DNA of 57,921 nucleotides, taken from NCBI GenBank assembly GCA_043732485.1, contig JAYTHP010000212.1, forward strand, positions 1-57,921, in the 5' to 3' direction. Positions 25,375 to 33,204 of this stretch are shown here, piece by piece. This DNA is from Oligoflexia bacterium. GTDB lineage: Bacteria; Bdellovibrionota; UBA1018. A program made the translations under genes and the position numbers. Within the stretch, counting starts at the first letter, position 1. Each line of letters opens with the position of its first letter. The notes beneath the pieces are model-generated. The model did no database searches and was not told the DNA's origin. It was given only the letters and a program-made list of their open reading frames with translations.

Positions 25375-26921
25375 GAGGCCGCAACCGCGGTGGCGGCAGG
25401 AATCAGCTTATCAATCAAGCGCGCCGAGCAGAGCACGCCTGGTAGCCCCGCACCTGGATGAGTGCCTGCGCCCACCAGGTAGAGATTCTTAATCCCCTCA
25501 GCGCGGTTATGAAAACGAAACCACGCCGATTGCCGAAAGATCGGCGCAATCGAAAAACCGGCACCATGCTCGCTCAGATAATCTTTTTCAAAGTCGTCAG
25601 GCGTCATGAAAAAATCGCTAGTGATAGTTTCTTCTAAGCCAGGTAACATCGATTTTGCCAGGGCGCTTACGATACGATTGCGAAGCTTCGGGCCTTCCAC
25701 ACTCCAATCGAGCTGAGCTTGCTGATTGGGCACCGGACATAGCACGTAAAAGCTATCACAGCCCGCAGGCGCAAAGCTCGGATCAGTTGCCGTCGGCCGA
25801 TGCAAGTACAAGGAAAAGTCTTCAGCCAGGATCTGGCGATCAAAGATGTCTTTTAACAGCTCCCGGTAACGCGCCCCCATCCAGATCGTGTGATGCGCCA
25901 CCTCGTCATAAGTTTTCCGAGTGCCAAAGTACAAGACAAACAAGCCCATCGAGAACTTCGCGGTCTTAAGCTTCAGCCGGGTGACTTGCGATTGCTGCGC
26001 TTTGGCGATCATCGATCGGTAGAGATGGGCAGGATCGGCGTTTGAGACAATGAGATCAAAAGGTAAGCGCTCGCCCGTGCTTAAGCTCACGCCTTTTGCC
26101 ACCCCACGCTCCACTTCAATTTGAGTGATTGTGGTGTTCAAGCGAACGGTAATCCCTTGTCTGGCCATCAATCCCCCCAAGGCATCAATGATCGCTCCTG
26201 TGCCGCCCATGGCAAAATGCACCCCGTAGGCCCGCTCGAGAAAATGAATCAAAGCGTAGATGCTCGAAGTGTCAAAGGGATTGCCTCCCACCAGCAGCGG
26301 CTGGATGGAAAAAGCCTGCTGTAACTTGGGATGTGACAGGTAACTGGAGACCATCCCCCAAACGGTCTTGTAGTTTTTTAGCCTGATCAGACGCGGCACC
26401 TGGGCTAGCATCATCCGCAGCCGGTGAAACGGCGCGTCAGCTAACTCCAGGTAGCCGATATCAAAAATACGCTTCGAGTGCGCAAGCAACTGCTGATAGC
26501 CCTCGACATCGCGCGGCTCAATTTTTCGAATTTCTGCCAACGTGTCTTCCAAGGTGCCACCATAGTCAAAGGTCGAGCCGTCCTGGTAGTAAAAGCGGTA
26601 CCAGACCTTAAGCGGCACTAGTTTCAGATGATGCTCCATCGTCTCGCCAAACAGCGCAAAAAGCTCCTCAAATAAAAAAGGCGCCGTAATCACCGTGGGA
26701 CCTGCGTCGTGGCGAAAACCATCTTTTTCAAAGACCTGGCCGCGTCCACCCAGCCTCGGACAGCGATCCATCACGGTGACTTGATAGCCCTTGGCGCGCA
26801 TCCGCAAGGCTGCGGCGATCCCACCAAAGCCTGCTCCAATCACCAGCGCGGTAGGGGGCTGGGGAACAGCAGTGACGGGAGTGGAGTGATGCAAGGGTGT
26901 GGAGGCATGGGTAGCGGTCAT
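25371..26921 (-). CDS. crtI: phytoene desaturase
   Basis: The N-terminal dinucleotide fold is LVIGAGFGGIAAALRM..GYQVTVMD, and the C-terminal block is LYLVGAGTHPGAGLPGV. The length of 516 aa is typical of CrtI. Confidence 0.92.
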   Translation of the reverse strand: MTATHASTPLHHSTPVTAVPQPPTALVIGAGFGGIAAALRMRAKGYQVTVMDRCPRLGGRGQVFEKDGFRHDAGPTVITAPFLFEELFALFGETMEHHLKLVPLKVWYRFYYQDGSTFDYGGTLEDTLAEIRKIEPRDVEGYQQLLAHSKRIFDIGYLELADAPFHRLRMMLAQVPRLIRLKNYKTVWGMVSSYLSHPKLQQAFSIQPLLVGGNPFDTSSIYALIHFLERAYGVHFAMGGTGAIIDALGGLMARQGITVRLNTTITQIEVERGVAKGVSLSTGERLPFDLIVSNADPAHLYRSMIAKAQQSQVTRLKLKTAKFSMGLFVLYFGTRKTYDEVAHHTIWMGARYRELLKDIFDRQILAEDFSLYLHRPTATDPSFAPAGCDSFYVLCPVPNQQAQLDWSVEGPKLRNRIVSALAKSMLPGLEETITSDFFMTPDDFEKDYLSEHGAGFSIAPIFRQSAWFRFHNRAEGIKNLYLVGAGTHPGAGLPGVLCSARLIDKLIPAATAVAAS

Positions 26922-26986
26922 AAGTCACCTTTTTTTTTCAAGGGTTCAAAGCGTGATAGAATCAGGGAAAGTCGCCAAGAGTCATA

Positions 26987-27012
26987 TAGAATGAGGCAGT
27001 AGAATGAGGCAG
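26987..27012. repeat. 13-bp perfect tandem direct repeat (tagaatgaggcag x2) upstream of crtI
   Basis: Read directly at 26987-26999 and 27000-27012. A degenerate third copy, tagaatcaggga, lies near 26957. It sits in the 246-nt crtE-crtI spacer. Confidence 0.85.
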
Positions 27013-27167
27013 TTCGTACGTCAGAGATCACAGCGGAAAAGCATCTCGAACCCTCCTCTGGGTTATAAGGCTTTTCACGGGCTTTGCATGAACCTTTCAT
27101 GAACTTCTTGGGCACTTCCGATCACCAACCCCTCCCCTGAAGCGAGATGGGGGTGGCGCGTGTGTGA

Positions 27168-28226
27168 TCAAAAAATCGACATCTCTCTTGCTAGGCTTTG
27201 CAAATACTGCCCCGAGTGGCCGGGTAAGTCACGCGCCATCGCTTCTGCGGAAGCAAAATAGCTGCGCGCCAGCGCCTTCACCTGCTCTAGCGCCTGCTGC
27301 TCGCTGCCCTGTCGCAAGATCCATTCATAGAGATTCAAACTGGCAGGCTTACCCTCTTGTGCCTGATCCTGCTTAAGGTCCACTAAATCATCACGAATCT
27401 GGTAGCCAACCGCGAAATCCTCGGCCGCACGCCGGGCCCAGGTTAAAGCCTGAAAATTTTCTGAGGCAATCAAGGCCAACTCTAACGGTAAACTGAGCAA
27501 CGCGCCTGATTTGGCCTTCACCACCTCGGCATAACTCTCTACCCCTGCAAGACCCCGACTCGCCGACGCTGTCGTTCCGGCTGCCCACCCGCCGCAAGCA
27601 TTTAGCATTTCTGCGCCCCGCAGGTCATCACACTGTCCGTCAATGGCGGCTGACACGCAGCGATGCATCGCCCGCAGCAGCGCAGGCAACAGCCGCGGCT
27701 GACTGAAGTGCGATAGGGCCCCGTAAGCACTGGAAATCATGTAATCTCCCGCACAAATTGCAACTGCCGGTGAAAACTTCACCCACACCGCTTCACACCC
27801 CCTCCGCTCGGTTGCTTGATCCTGTAAGTCATCGTGAACTAACGAGGCATTGTGCAGCAGCTCTACCACGGCACAAAGCAGCAGCGCGTCCTCACGCGCG
27901 ACGCCTAGGCTCAGGCAAGCGCTCCAACCAATGCGCGCCCGCGTGCGACTCCCACCGGAGCTGACCTGGTACAAGGCTGCCTGGGCCGCTTGGCTAAGGC
28001 CTGACCGATGCTGCAAATAAGGCAAGACCTTCTGCGGGTGGGTCGGATCTAGGGCTGCGCTCGTCAAAGTCCTAAGACCCAGGCCGGCTCCCGTGAGCAA
28101 CTCGGTCATCTTGCGCTCAACCGCCCCCATCCCCTCCTCTTGGGCAGCTGCAAGTGCTCCCCCGGCAGCCGCCATCAACGGGTTACTTACCAGGTTACTT
28201 AGCGGATCACTTGGCATGTCACACAC
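27168..28226 (-). CDS. crtE: geranylgeranyl-diphosphate (polyprenyl) synthase
   Basis: The first Asp-rich motif is LVHDDLQD and the second is QIRDDLVD. Its position between the rhodopsin and crtI matches canonical photosystem clusters. Confidence 0.85.
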   Translation of the reverse strand: MCDMPSDPLSNLVSNPLMAAAGGALAAAQEEGMGAVERKMTELLTGAGLGLRTLTSAALDPTHPQKVLPYLQHRSGLSQAAQAALYQVSSGGSRTRARIGWSACLSLGVAREDALLLCAVVELLHNASLVHDDLQDQATERRGCEAVWVKFSPAVAICAGDYMISSAYGALSHFSQPRLLPALLRAMHRCVSAAIDGQCDDLRGAEMLNACGGWAAGTTASASRGLAGVESYAEVVKAKSGALLSLPLELALIASENFQALTWARRAAEDFAVGYQIRDDLVDLKQDQAQEGKPASLNLYEWILRQGSEQQALEQVKALARSYFASAEAMARDLPGHSGQYLQSLAREMSIF

Positions 28227-28355
28227 CTCTTGGCTGAGAAGTCTTAAAGTTTAAGGCAAAAGCCCGATCAGCCCCGTGAGGACCAACCGGGCTCAATGTT
28301 TTTACTCTTTTTTTTGTTCTGGTTTAGCTCTGGTTCTCAGTTCTGATCATCGTTT

Positions 28356-28385
28356 GCACTCCCTATGGCTGCACTCCTTATGGCA
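28356..28385. repeat. 15-bp tandem direct repeat (gcactccYtatggcW x2) between the rhodopsin and crtE
   Basis: Read directly: gcactccctatggct at 28356-28370 and gcactccttatggca at 28371-28385. Confidence 0.85.
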
Positions 28386-28418
28386 AACTTCTGCAACAAC
28401 CCAAAGACCCGAGAAAAA

Positions 28419-29183
28419 TCAGTGCGCGCCCTTAGGCAAGGACCCATCGGCTTCCGACTTCGCTCTGGCAATCCAGTAGATCATCACACCGTAGAAGGCT
28501 TTGGCCAACACGTCAGAAATGGCGTAGCCGACTTGAACTGCGACAATCGAGGACTCCGAGGCGATCCCGAAGGTAGGCAAGAAAAAGGTGATAGGGTAAA
28601 ACGACCAAGTAACGAGCAACAACAGTCTGATGTTGGCAGTTAAATCTTTCACTGCCTCAGGCTGGTGCTTCATGGCCGAACCCAGCTTGCCCCATAAAAC
28701 TGACAAGATGTACAAGAAAGGGATCATGCTCAGCGTGCCCCAAGCCGCTCGGGTCATCATATCGCCTGCAATTTCTCCAGGATAACCTAAAGCGATCATC
28801 AAGAAGGCGGCCAAACCGAGCCTAGCAAACAACCCCTTTTGATCAGCTTTCGAAAACGCCAGCACTGAAATCAATTCGATTAACAGCAACGGCACCGTCA
28901 GCAACCAGTCCACATATCGATAAGCATCGTTAAAAGGAACGCCTGATGGCTTAAATACTCCAGCCGTCATGGTATAAGCATGCGACCAGCTATCGAAAAT
29001 TCTTAAGTAATGGTATCCAGCAATCGCCACCACCACCGCGGAAATCAGCAGTGCTGGGCGATATTTTTCACCCACCTGGCTTCGTGCCCCGAGAAAAAAG
29101 ACAAAAGCCCCTAGCATGGCAGCAATGGTGAACGACAAAGCGTTGTAAACAGCAAAGTACTGGCCTGTAGTTAATTCAAGCAT
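28419..29183 (-). CDS. microbial rhodopsin, xanthorhodopsin/Gloeobacter-rhodopsin-like outward proton pump (DTE motif)
   Basis: This is a seven-helix protein of 254 aa. Key blocks are AGYHYLRIF (H58), RYVDWLLTVPLLLIE (R89, D92, T96, L100, E103), GYPGEI, AAWGTLSMIPFLYILSVLW (G149) and VQVGYAISDVLAK (D224, Schiff-base K228). Confidence 0.93.
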   Translation of the reverse strand: MLELTTGQYFAVYNALSFTIAAMLGAFVFFLGARSQVGEKYRPALLISAVVVAIAGYHYLRIFDSWSHAYTMTAGVFKPSGVPFNDAYRYVDWLLTVPLLLIELISVLAFSKADQKGLFARLGLAAFLMIALGYPGEIAGDMMTRAAWGTLSMIPFLYILSVLWGKLGSAMKHQPEAVKDLTANIRLLLLVTWSFYPITFFLPTFGIASESSIVAVQVGYAISDVLAKAFYGVMIYWIARAKSEADGSLPKGAH

Positions 29184-29192
29184 TACACTGAT

Positions 29193-29216
29193 CTCCTTTG
29201 AGATGACCTCATTTTA
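29193..29216 (-). promoter_or_regulatory. rhodopsin ribosome-binding site and candidate -10 element
   Basis: On the minus strand, AAAGGAG (29199-29193) lies 9 nt before ATG 29183. TAAAAT (29216-29211) lies upstream. The -35 element is weak or unclear. Confidence 0.35.
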
Positions 29217-29493
29217 GTTTGCTTAACATTTTTTAACGCAGCTGCGAAAGACTACGTCGCTTGGTGATTTTAGCCTTCAACGACTACTTTTTTCTTTTTT
29301 GGCTGCGTCAGTCACTTGAGTCTACACCTTCGGTGCCCAATGTCTAGTCCCTAAATGGGTCAACTCAATCCACCCCCGGTGAGTGTTGCAATTTTGACGC
29401 TTGTAGCGCCCCGTTTTGCTCCCTTGAGGCTCTTGCAATCCTTAAAATCTCTCGAAGACCCGAGATCTAAACTTTTTCGCTCAACTACTGCAC

Positions 29494-30480
29494 CTACTGC
29501 CTGACAAGCCTCAGGGGCTCTGCCGATACCTGCCAGCCGCAGCCGGCGCCGCGAGAAGCCCGAAAAGGGTTAATCTCCATTCCCCCTCGTCTGGTATAGC
29601 GGGCATAGACGGATAACACCTCAGGTTGGGTGTGCCGCCAGAGGTCCATAAAAATCCGTTCGACACATTGCTCATGAAACTCGTTATGATTGCGAAACGA
29701 GACAACATACCTGAGTAGCCCTTCATGCCAAAGTTTACGCCCACGGTAACGAATGGCAAGCGAACCCCAATCGGGTTGCCCGGTGATCAAGCAATTGGAT
29801 TTTAAGAGATGAGTGATAAGTGTTTCTTCAATGATTTCAGAGCTTTCAGGCCCAGAGCCGCACTGCAAAAGGTCCGGCTGAGGGGTGAAGTCGCTGCACT
29901 CCACGTCAAGCCCATCCAGGCAAAGCCCCTGAAAGTTTCCAAACCCTCTGCTAGGGTAATCCTCCACGGGCACCAAATCCAGCGTGACCTTGCCCTGGAC
30001 GGCAGCTGAGACGTCGCGCACCATGTGCTCTTGCACCACGCTCAGGCTCTCAAAGCGCGACTGATTAAACGAGTTCAAGTACAATTTGAAGGACTTGGAC
30101 TCAATCAAAGCCACAGAATCACAAGGGATTTGAAAGTGGGCAATAGCCACCCGCGGTTTCCCTCGGGGGTTGAGCCAGGAAACCTCATAGCCCGTCCACA
30201 AATCGACGCCCTCAAATGGCAACGGTTGCTCGCTCAGCCCCAACTCAGCTCGCTTGAGCTGCCGAGGCAGGGGGAACAAAAGCCCAGGCGAGTAAGTTTG
30301 AAGATACTGCGAGGAGACGCCCAACGGAGAGCCCTGGAGGCCCTGCGCAGAAACACCCCCGCCTGGCTCGTGAGCATTCCTGAGGGAGGAGTCGGCCTTG
30401 CTTGTCGGGCCGGGGGCTGAAGCAGGGGGAGCATGTTCAAAGGCCTTGAGGTCTGCCCCTGGCAAAAGGTGTTTTGTCAT
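29494..30480 (-). CDS. queF: NADPH-dependent 7-cyano-7-deazaguanine (preQ0) reductase, type II (two-domain) QueF
   Basis: Long blocks match the E. coli-type QueF as I recall it: IESKSFKLYLNSFNQSRF, HLLKSNCLITGQPDWGS, SFRNHNEFHEQCVERIF and SVYARYTRRGG. The ~45-aa N-terminal extension is questionable, since an internal TTG start is possible. Confidence 0.9.
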   Translation of the reverse strand: MTKHLLPGADLKAFEHAPPASAPGPTSKADSSLRNAHEPGGGVSAQGLQGSPLGVSSQYLQTYSPGLLFPLPRQLKRAELGLSEQPLPFEGVDLWTGYEVSWLNPRGKPRVAIAHFQIPCDSVALIESKSFKLYLNSFNQSRFESLSVVQEHMVRDVSAAVQGKVTLDLVPVEDYPSRGFGNFQGLCLDGLDVECSDFTPQPDLLQCGSGPESSEIIEETLITHLLKSNCLITGQPDWGSLAIRYRGRKLWHEGLLRYVVSFRNHNEFHEQCVERIFMDLWRHTQPEVLSVYARYTRRGGMEINPFRASRGAGCGWQVSAEPLRLVRQ

Positions 30481-30770
30481 AAGAAAAAAAAGAAACCAAC
30501 GAGAGACAAGTGAGCTTCAGAACAGGCCACGAGCCCCTGGTGACAGACCCCAGGGTCCCCCATTTGAGATCCTCGTTAAAATCGTTCTGCCGCAGTCTCT
30601 CTTGCTTGAAGTGCGGTTCAAAGTGAGCGACCCTTGGCCACTACCCACTTCTCTTGAACTAAGGGAAACTGAAGCCGCGTTCAAGCTCCGGTTTTTTTGA
30701 GTCCTCTCAAGGAGCGGTCACTTTCGAGCTAGCAGAAACAGCTTCAAAAGTAAAGAAAACTCCTCATCAG

Positions 30771-30794
30771 CTCACCCTTGCGCTCACCCTTGCA
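30771..30794. repeat. 12-bp tandem direct repeat (ctcacccttgcR x2)
   Basis: Read directly in the queF/SDR divergent intergenic region. Confidence 0.85.
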
Positions 30795-30809
30795 ATTACC
30801 GACCTCTTC

Positions 30810-30831
30810 AGAGAGACTAGAGAGAGACTAG
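30810..30831. repeat. 11-bp perfect tandem direct repeat (agagagactag x2)
   Basis: Read directly, 16 nt downstream of the previous repeat. Confidence 0.85.
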
Positions 30832-31081
30832 AAAAAAACGAGAGAAGCCTAAGCAGAAGAGCACAGAGGGCTCGAAAGTCCCTCAAGCTTGGGCTTCCCG
30901 CTGACGCGGCCGACCCACTCGCACCTATTTTTTCTCCTGGGCTTTCTTTGGGGCCTATCCCCTAACCAAAAGCAGGGATCGCGGCGGCAGGTGGGGACGT
31001 AAACTGGAGACTTTGCCGTCCCCGAGGCTTAACCCGGTGGCGCAACAAGCGACCCAGCACCAAAGGAAAACGCTAAAGACC

Positions 31082-32050
31082 ATGACCCAACCCAAAAATA
31101 CTCCTCCCGAGCAAGCACTGAACAGACACCCACAAGGCGCCTTTAGCCGCAAAGCCTTTGGATCCGCCTCCACCGCAGAGGAGGTCACGCAAGGGCTAGA
31201 CTTAACAGGTCAAACTATCCTGCTGACGGGCTGTAATTCCGGGTTAGGGCAAGAATCCCTGCGCGTGTTGCACCTGCGGGGAGCTCAGATCTACGCCGCC
31301 GCCCGCACTCTGGAAAAAGCCCAGGCGGCAAGCGCTCCCTATTCCAGTTCAAGCCGAGTGCTGCCTGTGGCTTGCGATCTTGCCGATCCAGCTAGCATTT
31401 TGCGGCTGGTGGACGCCTTGAAAGCCAAAAACGTGCAACTTGATGTCATTTTATGCAATGCCGGCGTTATGGCTTTACCCAAGCGCCAGGAGATTGCTGG
31501 CGTGGAGTTACAGTTTTTTACGAATCATTTTGGGCACTTTCTCCTCGTCACCAGGCTGCTCGATCACTTGTCGCCAGGCGCCAGAATCGTTCTGATCAGC
31601 AGCCAAGCCCACCGCATGGCGCCTGCTGGCGGGATTAACTTTTCTCACCTCACCCAGAAGGCGGGTTATCGTCCCTGGACCGCCTACGGTCAATCGAAGA
31701 TGGCTAACTTACTGTTTTGCTCTCACCTCGCCCTCAAGCTCCGGGGAACTGGCAAAACCGTCAATGCGGTGCATCCCGGAGTGATTCTCACCCCGCTGTG
31801 GCGCCATATGCCAGGCTTAGTGGGCTGGATCATGAACCGGATCGCGCCTCTCTTCTTAAAAACCATTTCTCAAGGAGCGGCCACCGGAGTTTTTGTCGCC
31901 GTCCACCCGCAAGCAGCCGGCGTGTCAGGGAAATACTGGATGGACTGCCAGGTTGCCAAAGCCCGCAAAGAGGCCACCGATCCGCAGCTTGCTCAGCAGC
32001 TATGGCAATTCTCGGAAGACTTAGCCGCCGCCTCCACCCCTCCGTCTTAG
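31082..32050 (+). CDS. short-chain dehydrogenase/reductase, retinol-dehydrogenase/WWOX-like subgroup
   Basis: Motifs are LLTGCNSGLGQES (TGxxxGxG), NAGVMALP, FFTNHFGHFLL and YGQSKMANLLF (YxxxK). ATG 31082 is preferred over the track start at 31013. Confidence 0.8.
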   Translation: MTQPKNTPPEQALNRHPQGAFSRKAFGSASTAEEVTQGLDLTGQTILLTGCNSGLGQESLRVLHLRGAQIYAAARTLEKAQAASAPYSSSSRVLPVACDLADPASILRLVDALKAKNVQLDVILCNAGVMALPKRQEIAGVELQFFTNHFGHFLLVTRLLDHLSPGARIVLISSQAHRMAPAGGINFSHLTQKAGYRPWTAYGQSKMANLLFCSHLALKLRGTGKTVNAVHPGVILTPLWRHMPGLVGWIMNRIAPLFLKTISQGAATGVFVAVHPQAAGVSGKYWMDCQVAKARKEATDPQLAQQLWQFSEDLAAASTPPS

Positions 32051-33204
32051 GGGCCGCGCAGATCGCTTGCTCTTGCGGTTTGCTGCCTTAACCAGTGATC
32101 CGCCACAATGATGGCCGCCATCGCTTCCACAATCACTACCGCCCGTGGCAAAACGCAAGGATCATGGCGCCCGCTCCCCGGCAGCAGGGTGCTTGCACCT
32201 GTGGCCGTCACTGTGCTTTGGCTTTGCATCAGGCTTGAGGTCGGCTTAAAAGCCACTCTAAAGGTGATCGGCATGCCGTTACTAATCCCGCCTTGAATCC
32301 CTCCCGAGTGATTGGTGAGGGTTTTAAGCTCAGGCAGAGCCAATGGACTTGCCGCAACTTGCGGGGAGAGGCTGCCTGCAGCCGTTTGCTCGGGCCTCAC
32401 CCAAAGGTCGTTTTGTTGCGAACCCCTTTGGGCACATCCCGCAAAGCCTGATCCCACCTCAAAGCCCTTCACCGCATTGATACTGAGCATCGCCTTACCC
32501 AAATCTGCGTGCAAACGATCAAACACCGGCTCCCCTAGCCCGACTGGCACTCCCGTGATCACCCCGGAGATCACCCCGCCCAGGCTATCGCCTTGCGCTT
32601 TGGCCTCTTCAATCAACAGAATCATGGCTTGAGCCGCAGCCTCATCCGAGCAAAGCACCGCAGTGGCGTTGCGCTGGGCTAATAACTCAGGCGTCCAGTT
32701 TTCCAGCCGCTTAGCCATCACCGATCCCACCTGCGTCACCGCAGCGCAGATGCTGATCCCTAGCGGTCTGAGGAGCATTTGCGCCACGGAGCCTGCAACC
32801 ACCCGCGCCACCGTCTCACGCGCCGAAGCCCGCCCGCCGCCGCGGTGATCGCGAATCCCGTATTTTTTTTGGTACGTATAATCGGCATGGGAAGGACGAA
32901 AACTGCCTTGCAGGTGATCGTAATCTTGCGAGCGTGCATCCTGATTCGCAATCAAGGCTGCAAGCGGCGTTCCGGTGGTTTGTCCCTCAAAAACCCCCCC
33001 GACCCATTGCGGCTGATCTTGCTCTCGTCTGGCGCTTTGCAAGTGCGATTGCCCAGGCCTACGCAGTCGCAAATTAGCCGCCAAAAGTTCGTCATCGAGC
33101 CTCACCCCCGCTGGACAGCCATCCACCACCACGCCGATCATGGGACCGTGCGACTCACCAAAAGTGGTGACCTTAAAAAGCTCTCCAATCGTATTTCCGG
33201 CCAT
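32047..33204 (-). CDS. aroC: chorismate synthase
   Basis: The sequence reads MAGNTIGELFKVTTFGESHGPMIGVVVDGCPAG...RRPGQS...GGGRASARET...SGRHDPCV. ATG 33204 overlaps the aroB stop (TAATG). Confidence 0.92.
   Translation of the reverse strand: MAGNTIGELFKVTTFGESHGPMIGVVVDGCPAGVRLDDELLAANLRLRRPGQSHLQSARREQDQPQWVGGVFEGQTTGTPLAALIANQDARSQDYDHLQGSFRPSHADYTYQKKYGIRDHRGGGRASARETVARVVAGSVAQMLLRPLGISICAAVTQVGSVMAKRLENWTPELLAQRNATAVLCSDEAAAQAMILLIEEAKAQGDSLGGVISGVITGVPVGLGEPVFDRLHADLGKAMLSINAVKGFEVGSGFAGCAQRGSQQNDLWVRPEQTAAGSLSPQVAASPLALPELKTLTNHSGGIQGGISNGMPITFRVAFKPTSSLMQSQSTVTATGASTLLPGSGRHDPCVLPRAVVIVEAMAAIIVADHWLRQQTARASDLRGP

Noticed and set aside
26918-27115. A 65-codon ORF ending in ATGA with the crtI start, considered as a real small gene.
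   Set aside because: It has a GTG start without a convincing RBS, an odd composition and no recognisable motif. It runs through the tandem repeat, which is more simply a DNA-level regulatory element. It is kept only as a note in the spacer finding.
30481-30600. A preQ1 riboswitch in the queF leader.
   Set aside because: No sequence resembling the preQ1-I or preQ1-II conserved cores was recognisable by eye. queF is also not a typical preQ1-riboswitch target. This would need a covariance-model scan.
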